Source: Acaryochloris marina MBIC11017 (GTDB taxonomy: Bacteria > Cyanobacteriota > Cyanobacteriia > Thermosynechococcales > Thermosynechococcaceae). From it: DNA of 32,000 nucleotides. Location of the stretch: NCBI RefSeq assembly GCF_000018105.1, contig NC_009925.1:870001-902000 (forward strand), read 5' to 3'. Shown here piece after piece: positions 18,193 to 27,796 of this stretch (position 1 is the first letter of the stretch; the number at the start of each line of letters is the position of its first letter). The notes below the pieces were generated by a model, which saw only the letters and a list, made by a program, of their open reading frames with translations, made no database searches and was not told the DNA's origin. The translations under genes and the position numbers were made by a program.

Positions 18193-19491
18193 CTAAACCA
18201 GCACAGGTTGCCAGTCCAATCGATCCAGGGTGCGGGAGCGCTCTAGGGCTCGCTCAAAGCTACCAAGTTTAGGCTCAATCTCAAAGGGCTGACCGATACA
18301 ACCTTGGACTGCCTCTTGGGTCTTGAGGCCATTGCCCGTAATGTAAACCACGGTTTTTTCTTCCGGGTCAATTTTACCGGCTTCAACGAGTTTCTTAAGA
18401 ACAGCAATGGTGGTTCCACCGGCTGTTTCTGTAAAGATGCCTTCCGTTTCAGCCAACAGCTTCATGCCTTCGACAATCTCAGCATCGGTAACCGATTCAA
18501 TCGTGCCGTTGGTTTTCTTGGCAATATCGATGGCATAAACCCCGTCTGCAGGATTTCCAATGGCAATGGATTTAGCAATCGTATTCGGTTTGACAGGATT
18601 GATAAAGTCGCGATCTTCTTTGTAGGCCTGAGCGATGGGAGAGCAGCCTTCGGCCTGGGCACCGCTAAACCGAACTGCTTTATCATCGACCAAACCATTG
18701 TCGACGAATTCCCGGAAGCCCTTATAAATCTTGGTAAATAAGGATCCAGATGCTAGCGGTGCAACAATGTGATCGGGAAGTTCCCAACCCAGCTGTTCCG
18801 CCACTTCGTAACCAAGGGTCTTAGACCCCTCAGAATAATAGGGACGTAAATTGATGTTGACGAATCCCCAACCGTGGGTGTTGGCGACTTCTGAACAGAG
18901 ACGATTGACTTGATCGTAGTTGCCTTGAACCGCCATGACCGTTGGACCGTAGATGAGGGTACCCATGACCTTACCCGCTTCTAAATCCGCTGGAATAAAT
19001 ACACAACAATCAAGGCCCGCCCGGGTTGCAATAGCAGCCGTTGAATTGGCTAAGTTCCCAGTACTGGCACAGGACACGGTAGAGAAACCCAACTCTTGTG
19101 CCCGAGTCAATGCCACCGATACCACCCGATCCTTAAAGCTCAGGGTGGGCATATTGACGGCATCGTTCTTGATATAGAGATTTTTGAGGCCCAATTGCCG
19201 AGCTAGCCGATGGGATTTGAGCAAAGGGGTCATCCCCGTTCCCACATCAATGGGTGTATCTGTCTCAACGGGCAAGAAGGAGCGATACCGCCAAATGGAA
19301 TTGGGGCCGGCTTCAATGCTTTCACGAGTGATCGGCTGGCTGAGGCGGCTGAAGTCATAGCTCGCTTCTAGGGGGCCAAAGCAGAATTCACAAACGTGGG
19401 TGGCTTGCAATTCATACTCAGCGCCACATTCTTTACACTTCAGTGCTTTCAGAGCTGAGCTGCGAGATTGATTGGTCAGGGTTTGAGTCAT
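18193..19491 (-). CDS. thrC: Threonine synthase family PLP enzyme with N-terminal Cys4 zinc ribbon (ThrC, or a MetM-like O-phosphohomoserine-utilising paralogue)
   Basis: 432 aa. The zinc ribbon is CKECGAEY...[14 protein letters not shown]-lysine motif PTLSFKDR. The fold-type II core has STGNLANS and GNPADG-like glycine-rich loops. The substrate and sulfur chemistry cannot be decided from the sequence alone. Confidence 0.85.
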   Translation of the reverse strand: MTQTLTNQSRSSALKALKCKECGAEYELQATHVCEFCFGPLEASYDFSRLSQPITRESIEAGPNSIWRYRSFLPVETDTPIDVGTGMTPLLKSHRLARQLGLKNLYIKNDAVNMPTLSFKDRVVSVALTRAQELGFSTVSCASTGNLANSTAAIATRAGLDCCVFIPADLEAGKVMGTLIYGPTVMAVQGNYDQVNRLCSEVANTHGWGFVNINLRPYYSEGSKTLGYEVAEQLGWELPDHIVAPLASGSLFTKIYKGFREFVDNGLVDDKAVRFSGAQAEGCSPIAQAYKEDRDFINPVKPNTIAKSIAIGNPADGVYAIDIAKKTNGTIESVTDAEIVEGMKLLAETEGIFTETAGGTTIAVLKKLVEAGKIDPEEKTVVYITGNGLKTQEAVQGCIGQPFEIEPKLGSFERALERSRTLDRLDWQPVLV

Positions 19492-19577
19492 GGGTTTAGC
19501 AACTTCGATAGGAATACGTCAACAACGCATCTGTTCAATTCGCTAGATGCTAACACGGGGGTAAAATACCGTCAAAC

Positions 19578-19602
19578 ATACCCGACTATTTTAGTCGGGT
19601 AT
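19578..19602 (-). terminator. Hairpin terminator downstream of the 19617..20183 gene
   Basis: Perfect 10-bp stem ATACCCGACT-ATTTT-AGTCGGGTAT, 15 nt beyond the stop codon. A moderately U-rich tract follows on the minus strand. Confidence 0.5.
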
Positions 19603-19616
19603 CATGGAAACGACTT

Positions 19617-20183
19617 CTATTCTTCGACTGCAGGAATATCTAAACAAACGGCAAACATCTCGGTTAGAGACTTTTGTGCTTCTTCTCTTTGCTCAGTAGC
19701 CATATCTTCCTTGACCTCATTGAGCATGATTTCGTAGAGTTCGAGCAACGGATGGGCATAGTCCTGCTGTTGCTCCACAGTTAAATGGGGCTTTAACAGG
19801 GTGAATAATGTCAGTGCTTCCAAAACCCAGTTGGAAATCTTTTGCTGTAGCTTTTCAGGATCTTCTTCTTGCTCTAGCTTTTCCATCTCGGCATAGAGAA
19901 AGTCCAATAACCCTCCCGTTAGCCGTTCTCGATCTTGGGGGCGGTAATCCTGAAGGTATTGTGTGAGCCAAGCCTGGAAGGTCTGATCTTTCTCTTGAAT
20001 TTCTGCATCAGTGAGTTCAGCGTCAGCCTTAGAAGCCCCACTAATCTCTTTTAATTTGCGCTCCCAGGCTTGGCAGAACTTTTGGAAATGCTCTTCGAAC
20101 TGTCGTTCGCCCTTAATCAAAATAAAGGAGGTCTGACCGTAGGTGTCTCCTAAAATTTGCTTGCGGCGCTTTGCTTCTCCCAT
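19617..20183 (-). CDS. Conserved hypothetical protein (acidic, helical)
   Basis: 188-aa ORF starting MGEAKRRKQILGDTYGQ. It has unbroken coding-like composition and its own terminator. No family is recognised. Confidence 0.55.
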   Translation of the reverse strand: MGEAKRRKQILGDTYGQTSFILIKGERQFEEHFQKFCQAWERKLKEISGASKADAELTDAEIQEKDQTFQAWLTQYLQDYRPQDRERLTGGLLDFLYAEMEKLEQEEDPEKLQQKISNWVLEALTLFTLLKPHLTVEQQQDYAHPLLELYEIMLNEVKEDMATEQREEAQKSLTEMFAVCLDIPAVEE

Positions 20184-20459
20184 GTTGACCTGACCTCAGC
20201 GATTGTCCAACTCATCATAAAGGGGACAAATGTCAGGCTTTGGTATCTAGGGAAAAATCAAGATAATTCTCAACATCCCAACCCCATTCAATACCTCGAA
20301 ATAAAAAAATTAAGATCTGGATGAGATCGGGCAAATACCTACCAGGAATGAAATTCAAAACAATTCCCTAAAAAGGGGATTGCACTGGCATTTTTTTGCG
20401 ATCGCAAAGTGATACAAGTATTAGAGTTTCCCCTTTATGGATGGCTGAGGAGAAAAATC

Positions 20460-23400
20460 ATGGGTCGCTGGATCGTATTACTCGCCAATCGTGCTCCCTT
20501 CGCTGCACTTCTTATGGCATGTACTTTCTTAGCAGATACCGCTTTAGCGGTTACTTCTCCCCCCCATAGAGCGAACCGAACAACCCCCAGCATCTATTCA
20601 CCTATCCCCCCAATCCAGAATGCAAAACCGTCCGTCTTCCAAATTGCAGACGCCAAGATGTGCAATGGCAGTTCAATCGTAGAGCTGTCTTTTCGTAATC
20701 CCAAAAAGGAAAACAATCAACCTAACTTATCCATCGGCTCCATCTACCGGTTTACCCAAGTTGCTCCTGGTATTGATGCATTGATCACGGTGGACAAATT
20801 CAATAATGGTGCAACCTTAGGGGCAATTGATAATGCCAGCACAGGGTCCGCAGATGCTCTGCAGCCTACTCTCAACGCTTCTAAACAAAAAGGAGATTCC
20901 AGTGTAGACCTGATTATCAATTTTGTAGAAACAGGGTCCAACACACCTACTACCATCAAAGCTTTCAATGCTTCTGGTGTAGATATTGATGGAGACAGTA
21001 GAACCTTAAGGGAGTATATCGAGCTAGAAGGATTCTCTAGCTATACCCTCGAGAATCCCACAACGCTAAAGCCAACCATTACCCCACCATCCGGCCGCTT
21101 TGAGTCCAATACGGTCAAAACACAACCGGGGATTAGCACCGATGCGACCCAAACTTTAGTCACTGCTTCCTATGAAAATGTCAGCGGTTTCCGCTATCGA
21201 ATCGGCGCACTAAAACCCAAAGGTAGTAAAAGTGGTCGCCTCAACTCTTTGTCATTTAGTTGTCTTTCCTTTGAAGAGCCAGAAACTGAACCTGCCCCTA
21301 CACCCGCTCCTGAACCAACACCAGAATCAGAAGGTGGACCAGGAACACCAGAAACAGGACCAAAAACTAATCCCGAGCCAGAACCAACACCAGAGACAGA
21401 ACCTGCTCCGGAAACACCAGAACCGGAGGGCGGAGCAGAAACACCTGAGCCAACGCCAGAACCAGGTCCAGCTCCAACCCCCGAGCCAGATCCCACTCCA
21501 ACACCAGATCCTGAGCCAGATCCTGAGCCAGTCCCAACGCCGGCCCCTGGCCCAACACCTACTCCAAAGCCAGAGCCAAGTCCTGAGCCTAGTCCAACCC
21601 CAACTCCAACACCAGAACCTACTCCGGCACCAACCCCAGAGCCAGACCCAGCAACAGGTCCAGAGGGTGGAGCAGAAACACCAGAACCTAATTCCGAACC
21701 AGCTCCAGCTCCAACTCCAGAATCTGAACTAACACCTGAACCAGAGGGCGAGGCAGAAACACCAGAACCAACACCAGAGACAGAACCTGCTCCGGAGCCA
21801 GAACCCGAAGCAGGGGAGCCACCACAGCTATCTCCCCTGTCAGGAAAAATCGTTATTAATGAGGTGCTTTACAAGCAAACGATTGGTAGAGCCAATGCCG
21901 AGAATAACGATGAGTTTATCGAGCTATTTAATCCATCAGATGAAGCCGTGGATCTTGGCGGTTTGCAACTAATAGATGGCAATATTCTGGATGACGATAT
22001 AGATGGCAATACCGGAAGCATTACCGGCAATACTAGCCCCTACGTTTTTCCTGCCAACACCATTCTCCAGCCAGGTGAATATGCCGTTATTTGGATTGGT
22101 AGTGAGAAAGACGCCCAAGGCAATCCTATTCCAGCCCATCAAGCCCCAGGCGCAGCGTTTCAAACCTGGTTAGGACAACGTCCAAAACTCAATAACACGG
22201 GGGATGATGTCTGGCTGTACGATGGCCAAAACCAGATTATTGATTACATTGCCTACGGTAAAAATACCAGCAGCAGTACAGCGATTAATACTCCACCCCC
22301 TGCAGCATTAGGGCTATGGGATGATTCTGCTCAAACCACCTTAGGCGGGGCTGATAATGGGCAGTCCATTAGTTTGACTGCCAATGGGCAAGATTCCAAT
22401 AACAGCGCTTGCTGGGAACATACAACGAGTGGTGATGCGAGTACCCGTTGCTTAGGCTATCTAGAAACGATTGATTCAGATTCCACCAGCAGCAGGATTA
22501 CCAGCGTCGCAGGCAATAACAATGGTTCAGATGAGCCCACTCCTGAACAGCCTCCAACTCCCGAACCTACTCCTGAACCAGAACCAGGTCCAGATCCTGA
22601 GCCAGAGCCGGAACCAGCTCCTGAACCAGAGCCAAGTCCAGCTCCAACCCCTGAGCCTGAGCCAACGCCGGAACCAGCTCCTGAACCCGAGCCAGCTCCT
22701 GAACCCACACCAATACCTGAGCCCGAGCCCGAACCCACACCGGAACCAAGCCCAGAACCTGAACCCACTCCAACACCAGAGCCAGACCCAGCTCCGGATC
22801 CCGAACCAGAGCCAAGTCCAGCTCCAACCCCCGAGCCGGAACCAGAGCCGACGCCAGAACCAGGTCCAGCTCCACCCCCCGAGCCTGAGCCCACTCCAAC
22901 ACCAGAGCCAGACCCAGACCCTACTCCAGAGCCGGAGCCAGGTCCTGAGCAAGTCCCAACGCCGGACCCTGGCCCAACACCTACTCCAGAGCCAGAGCCA
23001 AGTCCTGAGCCTAGTCCAACCCCAACTCCAACACCAGAACCTACTCCGGAACCAACACCTGGCCCGTCGCCAATTCCGCTGCCAATCCCAACGCCAGAGC
23101 CTAGCCCAACACCGGAACCAACCCCAACTCCTCAGCCAACCCCGGAGCCAGTTCCAACCCCGGCCCCATCACCAGAGCCGACTCCAGGGCCAACTCCAGA
23201 ACCCACACCTGGGTCGCCGCCTGGGACTATTCCAGGCCCAACGATACCTCAACCTACCCCTGGTCCAGCTCCTAGTCCAGACGTAACCCCTGTGCCTCAG
23301 CCAAGTACAGATCCACCGAGTGGCTCAACATCCCAGCCATTCCCCTTCCCTGTGCCCTTACCGTCACCTTCTCCTCAACCAGGGAAAGTGCCAGAGAGTC

Positions 23401-23624
23401 TTCCCAGTCCAGGCGAGGTTCCTGAATCTGGTCTTCCTCAAACTCCAGCTCCTAAGGAGCCGGTCAGTCCAGGTGAGACTGTTCCCAGTACCTCTGGAGA
23501 ACAGTCACCTCCACCTACGGAGAAATCACCTTCTCCGGCAGAGCGACCAGCTCCCCAACAGCAAATAAAGGCTCCCTCTCGTGATGAGCCTGAATCTCCG
23601 CCCCCTGTGCGAGCACTCTGGTAG
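20460..23624 (+). CDS. Secreted lamin-tail-domain (LTD) protein with two long Pro/Glu/Thr-rich (PEPTPEP) spacers
   Basis: ATG 20460 is preceded by GAGGAG, and a signal-like N-terminus [30 protein letters not shown] follows. An unknown beta-rich domain spans about aa 60-290. P-rich spacer 1 spans about nt 21290-21830. The LTD signature is [13 protein letters not shown]...[24 protein letters not shown]...GDDVWLYD. P-rich spacer 2 runs from about nt 22530 to the stop. The track ORF begins at 20409. Confidence 0.8.
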   Translation: MGRWIVLLANRAPFAALLMACTFLADTALAVTSPPHRANRTTPSIYSPIPPIQNAKPSVFQIADAKMCNGSSIVELSFRNPKKENNQPNLSIGSIYRFTQVAPGIDALITVDKFNNGATLGAIDNASTGSADALQPTLNASKQKGDSSVDLIINFVETGSNTPTTIKAFNASGVDIDGDSRTLREYIELEGFSSYTLENPTTLKPTITPPSGRFESNTVKTQPGISTDATQTLVTASYENVSGFRYRIGALKPKGSKSGRLNSLSFSCLSFEEPETEPAPTPAPEPTPESEGGPGTPETGPKTNPEPEPTPETEPAPETPEPEGGAETPEPTPEPGPAPTPEPDPTPTPDPEPDPEPVPTPAPGPTPTPKPEPSPEPSPTPTPTPEPTPAPTPEPDPATGPEGGAETPEPNSEPAPAPTPESELTPEPEGEAETPEPTPETEPAPEPEPEAGEPPQLSPLSGKIVINEVLYKQTIGRANAENNDEFIELFNPSDEAVDLGGLQLIDGNILDDDIDGNTGSITGNTSPYVFPANTILQPGEYAVIWIGSEKDAQGNPIPAHQAPGAAFQTWLGQRPKLNNTGDDVWLYDGQNQIIDYIAYGKNTSSSTAINTPPPAALGLWDDSAQTTLGGADNGQSISLTANGQDSNNSACWEHTTSGDASTRCLGYLETIDSDSTSSRITSVAGNNNGSDEPTPEQPPTPEPTPEPEPGPDPEPEPEPAPEPEPSPAPTPEPEPTPEPAPEPEPAPEPTPIPEPEPEPTPEPSPEPEPTPTPEPDPAPDPEPEPSPAPTPEPEPEPTPEPGPAPPPEPEPTPTPEPDPDPTPEPEPGPEQVPTPDPGPTPTPEPEPSPEPSPTPTPTPEPTPEPTPGPSPIPLPIPTPEPSPTPEPTPTPQPTPEPVPTPAPSPEPTPGPTPEPTPGSPPGTIPGPTIPQPTPGPAPSPDVTPVPQPSTDPPSGSTSQPFPFPVPLPSPSPQPGKVPESLPSPGEVPESGLPQTPAPKEPVSPGETVPSTSGEQSPPPTEKSPSPAERPAPQQQIKAPSRDEPESPPPVRALW
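21453..21627 (+). repeat. Copy A of an intragenic DNA duplication in the P-rich spacers
   Basis: 21453-21508 matches 22851-22906, and 21531-21627 matches 22953-23049 (95 of 97 nt identical by my manual alignment). Copy B carries 24 extra nt in the middle. Confidence 0.75.
22851..23049 (+). repeat. Copy B of the intragenic DNA duplication
   Basis: See copy A. Shorter recurrences also exist, for example CCAGAGCCAAGTCCAGCTCCAACCCC near 22627 and 22807. Confidence 0.75.
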
Positions 23625-23645
23625 GTCTAACCGCTCTGTTTTTTA

Positions 23646-23680
23646 ACAAGACAGCCCTCTAGTTCAGAGGGCTGTCTTGT
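23646..23680 (+). terminator. Hairpin downstream of the LTD gene (candidate terminator lacking a clear T-tract)
   Basis: ACAAGACAGCCCTCT-AGTTC-AGAGGGCTGTCTTGT: a perfect 15-bp stem 22 nt after the stop. A T-run precedes the stem rather than following it. Confidence 0.5.
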
Positions 23681-23727
23681 ATGGTGCGCTAAAGTTTATC
23701 CATTGTTTCAGTCATATTTTGGTGTCC

Positions 23728-25185
23728 ATGCAAACTCAAGACCGCGATACCCAACGTGACCAATTCGCGCAAGGAAAGCCACTGTGGGCCCGTGCGATCG
23801 CAACCCCCGCTACGGAATTTGGCCCCACCGCCCTGCCCCTGTTGTCCGGCCAAATCCCTGAAGGTCTCCAGGGCACCCTATATCGCAATGGCCCTGGGCG
23901 TTTATCTCGCCAGGGACAAACTGTAGATCACTGGTTTGACGGAGACGGCGGTATTTTAGCCGTTCACGTGGACGATGGAGGAGCAACAGCCTGTTACCGC
24001 TATGTCCAAACCCAAGAACTTCAGGCAGAAGAAGCCAAAGATCAATTTCTCTACTCTGGCTATGGACAAATGGCCCCTGGTCCAGTTTGGAAACGGTGGG
24101 GGGTTCCGCCAAAAAATGTAGCTAATACCTCAGTTTTGGCCTTGCCTGACAAATTGCTAGCCCTTTGGGAAGGGGGCAACCCACATGCCCTTGATCCCGT
24201 TACCCTAGAAACCCAGGGCTTGGATCCCCTTTCAGGTTTAACTCCAAAGCTCACCTATTCGGCCCATCCCAAACGCGATCCACACACAGGCAACATTTAT
24301 AACTTTGGCGTTATCTTTGGCCCCAAAACCTATATTCAGATCTATTGCAGCCATGCCTCAGGCGACATTTATCGGCAAGCTTCAATTCCCTTACCGGGAT
24401 TATCTATGGTTCATGATTTTGTCCTAGCGGGGCGCTATCTCATCTTCATCGTGCCACCCCTGAGATTACAAATGCTCCCCATTCTGTTGGGCACCAAAAG
24501 TTTAAGCGATGCCTTGCAGTGGCAACCCCATCAAGGAACGCAAATCATCGTCATTGATCGGGACACCTTTAAGGAGGTCACTCGCATAGATACCGATCCT
24601 TGGTTTCAATGGCACTTTAGCAATGGCCATGAAGATGCTGCCGGGAATATTGTTGTGGACTATGTTCGCTATGACGATTTCCAAACCAATCAGTGGTTGA
24701 AAGAAGTGGTCACTGGCTATCCGCAAGCCCCTGCGACTGGGAAGTTGTGGCAACTACAGATTAATCCTCAATCCGGCCAAGTCCTGCACAATGAACCGTT
24801 GTTTAACTTTGGTTGTGAGTTTCCTGTCATTTCGTCCCTGGAAACCGGACAAAAGACCACCGCCATTTACCTGAACCATCATTCCCATACTCAACGACCG
24901 GTTGAGGAAATGTTTGACTGCATCGCTCGCATTGATGGCAAAACCTCAGCTGTCACGAGTATGGCCTTTCCTTCTGGCTGTTACCCCATGGAAGCCATTT
25001 ATGCTCCTGATCCCAACACTTTTGATCAAGGGTGGTTGTTAACCGTGGTCTTTGATGGCAACCAGGATCAAAGTACCGTGCAAATTTTTTCAGCGAATCA
25101 GCTAGATGCAGGTCCTATTGCCGTTTTAGGACTGCCCGAGATTATCCCCTTTGGGTTTCATGGCGCTTGGCAAGCTAGGGCGTAA
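23728..25185 (+). CDS. Carotenoid oxygenase family protein (apocarotenoid/carotenoid cleavage dioxygenase, RPE65 superfamily)
   Basis: Family motifs seen: LYRNGPGR, HWFDGDGG, SAHPKRDP, MVHDF and FGFHG. The spaced His residues are consistent with the 4-His iron site. I prefer ATG 23728, because the track start at 23677 lies inside the upstream hairpin. Confidence 0.85.
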   Translation: MQTQDRDTQRDQFAQGKPLWARAIATPATEFGPTALPLLSGQIPEGLQGTLYRNGPGRLSRQGQTVDHWFDGDGGILAVHVDDGGATACYRYVQTQELQAEEAKDQFLYSGYGQMAPGPVWKRWGVPPKNVANTSVLALPDKLLALWEGGNPHALDPVTLETQGLDPLSGLTPKLTYSAHPKRDPHTGNIYNFGVIFGPKTYIQIYCSHASGDIYRQASIPLPGLSMVHDFVLAGRYLIFIVPPLRLQMLPILLGTKSLSDALQWQPHQGTQIIVIDRDTFKEVTRIDTDPWFQWHFSNGHEDAAGNIVVDYVRYDDFQTNQWLKEVVTGYPQAPATGKLWQLQINPQSGQVLHNEPLFNFGCEFPVISSLETGQKTTAIYLNHHSHTQRPVEEMFDCIARIDGKTSAVTSMAFPSGCYPMEAIYAPDPNTFDQGWLLTVVFDGNQDQSTVQIFSANQLDAGPIAVLGLPEIIPFGFHGAWQARA

Positions 25186-25203
25186 GCGCCTCTGTGCTCA
25201 ACT

Positions 25204-25668
25204 CTACTCAGCCCCCCGCTTTAATGCCCGCTCCATATCTCGTTTATCCTGACGTTTCTTAATCGACTCCCGCTTATCGTGGAGTTTCTTACCCCGCGCT
25301 AGACCAATCGTTACCTTAATCCAGCCCCGCTGCAGATAAAGCTTCAATGGCACCAAGGTCAGTCCTTTTTGTTCAGTTTTACCAATGAGCTTGCGAATCT
25401 CTTGGCGATGCATCAAGAGTTTGCGGGTCCGCCGAGGGTCGTGATTAAAAAACTGGCCAGCGTTGGTATGGGGGGAGACATGCACATTCAGTAGGAACGC
25501 TTCCTCATTGCGGATTTGGGCAAAGCCATCCCGCAGGTTCACTTTCCCCGCTCGGATCGATTTAACTTCCGTGCCAGTTAGGGCAAGACCTGCCTCAAAC
25601 ACCTCTAGGATTTCGTATTGAAATCGGGCTTGGCGATTATCACTAATAACTTTGTAAGACTCACTCAT
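25204..25668 (-). CDS. smpB: SsrA-binding protein
   Basis: 154 aa. NRQARFQYEILE..EAGLALTGTEVKSIRAGKVNLRDGFA and the basic C-terminal tail are classic SmpB. Confidence 0.95.
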   Translation of the reverse strand: MSESYKVISDNRQARFQYEILEVFEAGLALTGTEVKSIRAGKVNLRDGFAQIRNEEAFLLNVHVSPHTNAGQFFNHDPRRTRKLLMHRQEIRKLIGKTEQKGLTLVPLKLYLQRGWIKVTIGLARGKKLHDKRESIKKRQDKRDMERALKRGAE

Positions 25669-25828
25669 ACCTTCTAATGTACTCTGCCAAATCCTAATTC
25701 GTTGATTCAGTCATCCGTACCCCAGTATCGCCAAAGACGGGTCTGGACCGACCGATAGATTTGAGGGATTCACTCGGACTGATAGCATGGACAATAACGC
25801 ACACTGGGCTATGTAAGGTAAGTAAAAA

Positions 25829-26140
25829 ATGGGTAGAGCCGTCATCAAGTTCTCTTCTGAAGACTGTGGGATTTGCCACAAAATGTCCTTCTATGATCAG
25901 AAGGTCACAGAAGAGCTGGGCTTAGAATTTATTGATGTCAAAATGCAGGACACCACAACTTACCGCAAATATCGCAAAATCCTCCTGACTCAATACCCCG
26001 ATAAATCTGAGATGGGTTGGCCCACCTATATCATTTGTGACTCTCCTGATACTGAGTTTTCAATTTTGGGCGAAGTCAAAGGCGGGCATCCCAAAGGGGA
26101 GTTTAGAAGCCGACTTCAAGCAGTCCTAGGGGCTGCATAA
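25829..26140 (+). CDS. Thioredoxin-fold protein with a CGIC active-site-like motif
   Basis: 103-aa ORF. KFSSEDCGICHKM resembles a CxxC thioredoxin-like motif near the N-terminus, with WPTYI (cis-Pro region) downstream. Confidence 0.55.
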   Translation: MGRAVIKFSSEDCGICHKMSFYDQKVTEELGLEFIDVKMQDTTTYRKYRKILLTQYPDKSEMGWPTYIICDSPDTEFSILGEVKGGHPKGEFRSRLQAVLGAA

Positions 26141-26179
26141 CGTTCGCTATCATCCTGATGTTCTTTTTTATCTTCTGGT

Positions 26180-27664
26180 ATGCCCTCGCCCCCCGTTAGT
26201 CGCAACAATACGAAGCAATACAAGAGACAACGAACTCGGCGTAATCCTTGGCTATTGGGTTTAGATCGGCTGATGGCCCTAGCTGCCTTAGCGAATTTAA
26301 GCTTAGTGCTCTTCAATATCACCTATATTCCGTTTCGGGATTTTTATTTAAGTCGACTGCCTCAACTCACTGAACTGTATGACCCCATCAAAGGGATCGT
26401 GCCCAATCGAGATACTCAGAAATATCTCAAAACGGTGGATCAAGTTGAGCAGCAGCTAGCGAAGTCGGGAACGGAAGGGGCTGAACTCCAAAAGTTGCTG
26501 GAGCAGTTGCGAGGGCAAAGTGAAGAATTGGTTGATGAAAATCCGTTTGAGCTTGCCAACAAAACCGGCACCCTAGAGAAAATCAAGAACCGGATGCGGG
26601 AGCAAATGGATAATGAGTCGGCGAAGGGCTCCTTTCGGGAGTTTTGGAGTGTCGATTATCTCAAAAAGAACCTTTGGACACGGGAACTCGAATTCTTTAA
26701 TAAAGATATTCGCCCCCTGATTGCTTCTAACTACTACCGTCCCTTTGGGGAAAGCGGCGATTTTGTTGACTTCTTTGTCGTTATTGATTTGCCGTTTGTC
26801 CTCCTGTTTGGCTTGGACTATTTGATCCGCACCTTCTATCTGAGTCGTCGCCGCCAGGGGACCAGCTGGAAAGATACGATTTTTTGGCGTTGGTATGATC
26901 TCCTCTTTTTCATACCCATTTGGCGAATTCTGCGTATTCTGCCGATCACATTGCGACTTCATCAGGTGGGCTGGATTAATCTCAGTCGGATGCAGACTCA
27001 AATCAATCGGTTCTTAGCCGAAAGTCTGGCTGGAGATATGACAGAAATCGTCCTGGTTCAGTCGGTCGGCATTGCCCAGGATGCCATTGAGCAAGGGGTG
27101 ATTGAACAATGGCTGCTGAATCCTGAGACTGATACGGTCGAGATTAATGAGGTTAATGAGATAGAAGAGCTGATTCTTCAAGCCGTCAAGATCACTATTT
27201 ATAAAGTGCTGCCCCAGCTCACCCCCGACTTAGAAAATGTGATCCGCCATGCCATTGTCGAAGCCTTAAGCGATATTCCTTTTTATCGCCAAGCTCAGCA
27301 ACTGCCAGGGATGATGACGCTTCCCAATGTAATTGCCCAGCAAGTGTCCAAACAACTCACCCAAACCTCCCAGTCCACCTTGACGAAGGTCTTAAATGAT
27401 CAGAAGGGGAAGGATATCTTCGATCAGCTAGGAGAACATTTCACGGATGCCTTACGGGGTGAACTGCAAAACCAAGAAACCCTGGATGAAATCCAGTCCC
27501 TACTCACAGACTTTTTGGAAGAAACGAAACTCACGATTTTGCAGCGTTTAGAGTCTAAAGGGGGAGAAGGGGCCGCTGCGGAAGTTGAACATTTGCGCCA
27601 AGTCACCCGTGATTCCGGTCGGTTACCTTCTGTACAGGTAATTCCAGGCTCTTCTCGCTCCTAA
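26180..27664 (+). CDS. Membrane protein with a voltage-sensor-like S1-S4 segment and a long helical cytoplasmic C-terminal domain
   Basis: 494 aa. Hydrophobic helices lie at about aa 30-52 and 195-221. A third segment, WYDLLFFIPIWRILRILPITLRLHQ, has Arg at every third position. No pore-like region follows. Confidence 0.6.
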   Translation: MPSPPVSRNNTKQYKRQRTRRNPWLLGLDRLMALAALANLSLVLFNITYIPFRDFYLSRLPQLTELYDPIKGIVPNRDTQKYLKTVDQVEQQLAKSGTEGAELQKLLEQLRGQSEELVDENPFELANKTGTLEKIKNRMREQMDNESAKGSFREFWSVDYLKKNLWTRELEFFNKDIRPLIASNYYRPFGESGDFVDFFVVIDLPFVLLFGLDYLIRTFYLSRRRQGTSWKDTIFWRWYDLLFFIPIWRILRILPITLRLHQVGWINLSRMQTQINRFLAESLAGDMTEIVLVQSVGIAQDAIEQGVIEQWLLNPETDTVEINEVNEIEELILQAVKITIYKVLPQLTPDLENVIRHAIVEALSDIPFYRQAQQLPGMMTLPNVIAQQVSKQLTQTSQSTLTKVLNDQKGKDIFDQLGEHFTDALRGELQNQETLDEIQSLLTDFLEETKLTILQRLESKGGEGAAAEVEHLRQVTRDSGRLPSVQVIPGSSRS

Positions 27665-27713
27665 GCAGTCTATTCATCCCTTGCCAATTAATCCAAACTG
27701 CACCGGGCTGCGC

Positions 27714-27796
27714 TACACTAGGACCTTGGTGGGCGTCTGCCCGCGGCTCATGCCAAAAACATGAGCTTCCAAGGTGGGTATTAACCCACTTTTTTT
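27714..27796 (+). promoter_or_regulatory. Candidate promoter (-10 TACACT), structured leader and short intrinsic terminator immediately upstream of rimP
   Basis: TACACT lies at 27714-27719. An outer helix CCTTGG (27724-29) / CCAAGG (27769-74) encloses hairpins GGGC-GTCT-GCCC and GCTCATG-CCAAAAA-CATGAGC. Then comes GTGGGT-ATTA-ACCCAC (27774-27789) followed by T7 (27790-27796). The rimP ATG is at 27815. Confidence 0.35.

Noticed and set aside
21194-22952. Multiple antisense and out-of-frame ORFs within the proline-rich regions, such as 21194..21496(-), 21232..21732(+), 22457..22894(-), 22471..23286(+), 22527..22952(-) and 22567..22902(-), encoding GSGSG, QNQ or WLRL low-complexity peptides
   Set aside because: They are frame shadows of the CCN/GAR/ACN repeat. 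Any frame of such DNA stays open. Only the PEPT frame connects the signal peptide, the N-terminal domain and the LTD.
21290-23620. Possibility that the periodic repeats are a CRISPR array or a minisatellite outside a gene
   Set aside because: There is no constant direct repeat separated by unique spacers of fixed length. The periodicity is codon-level (6-9 nt) and lies in a single long ORF.
25669-25828. Search for tmRNA (ssrA) or a tRNA next to smpB, and for tRNAs elsewhere in the window
   Set aside because: There is no T-arm-like GGTTCGAATCC-type element and no tRNA-like acceptor or tag-reading-frame structure. I recognised no tRNA anywhere in the window.
4891-27767. Similarity between two hairpins, GGCTCATGGCAAAATTGCCATGAGCC (4894-4921) and GGCTCATGCCAAAAACATGAGC (27745-27766), as a possible dispersed palindromic element
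   Set aside because: There are only two short copies with different loop and stem lengths. Chance cannot be excluded without a genome-wide count.
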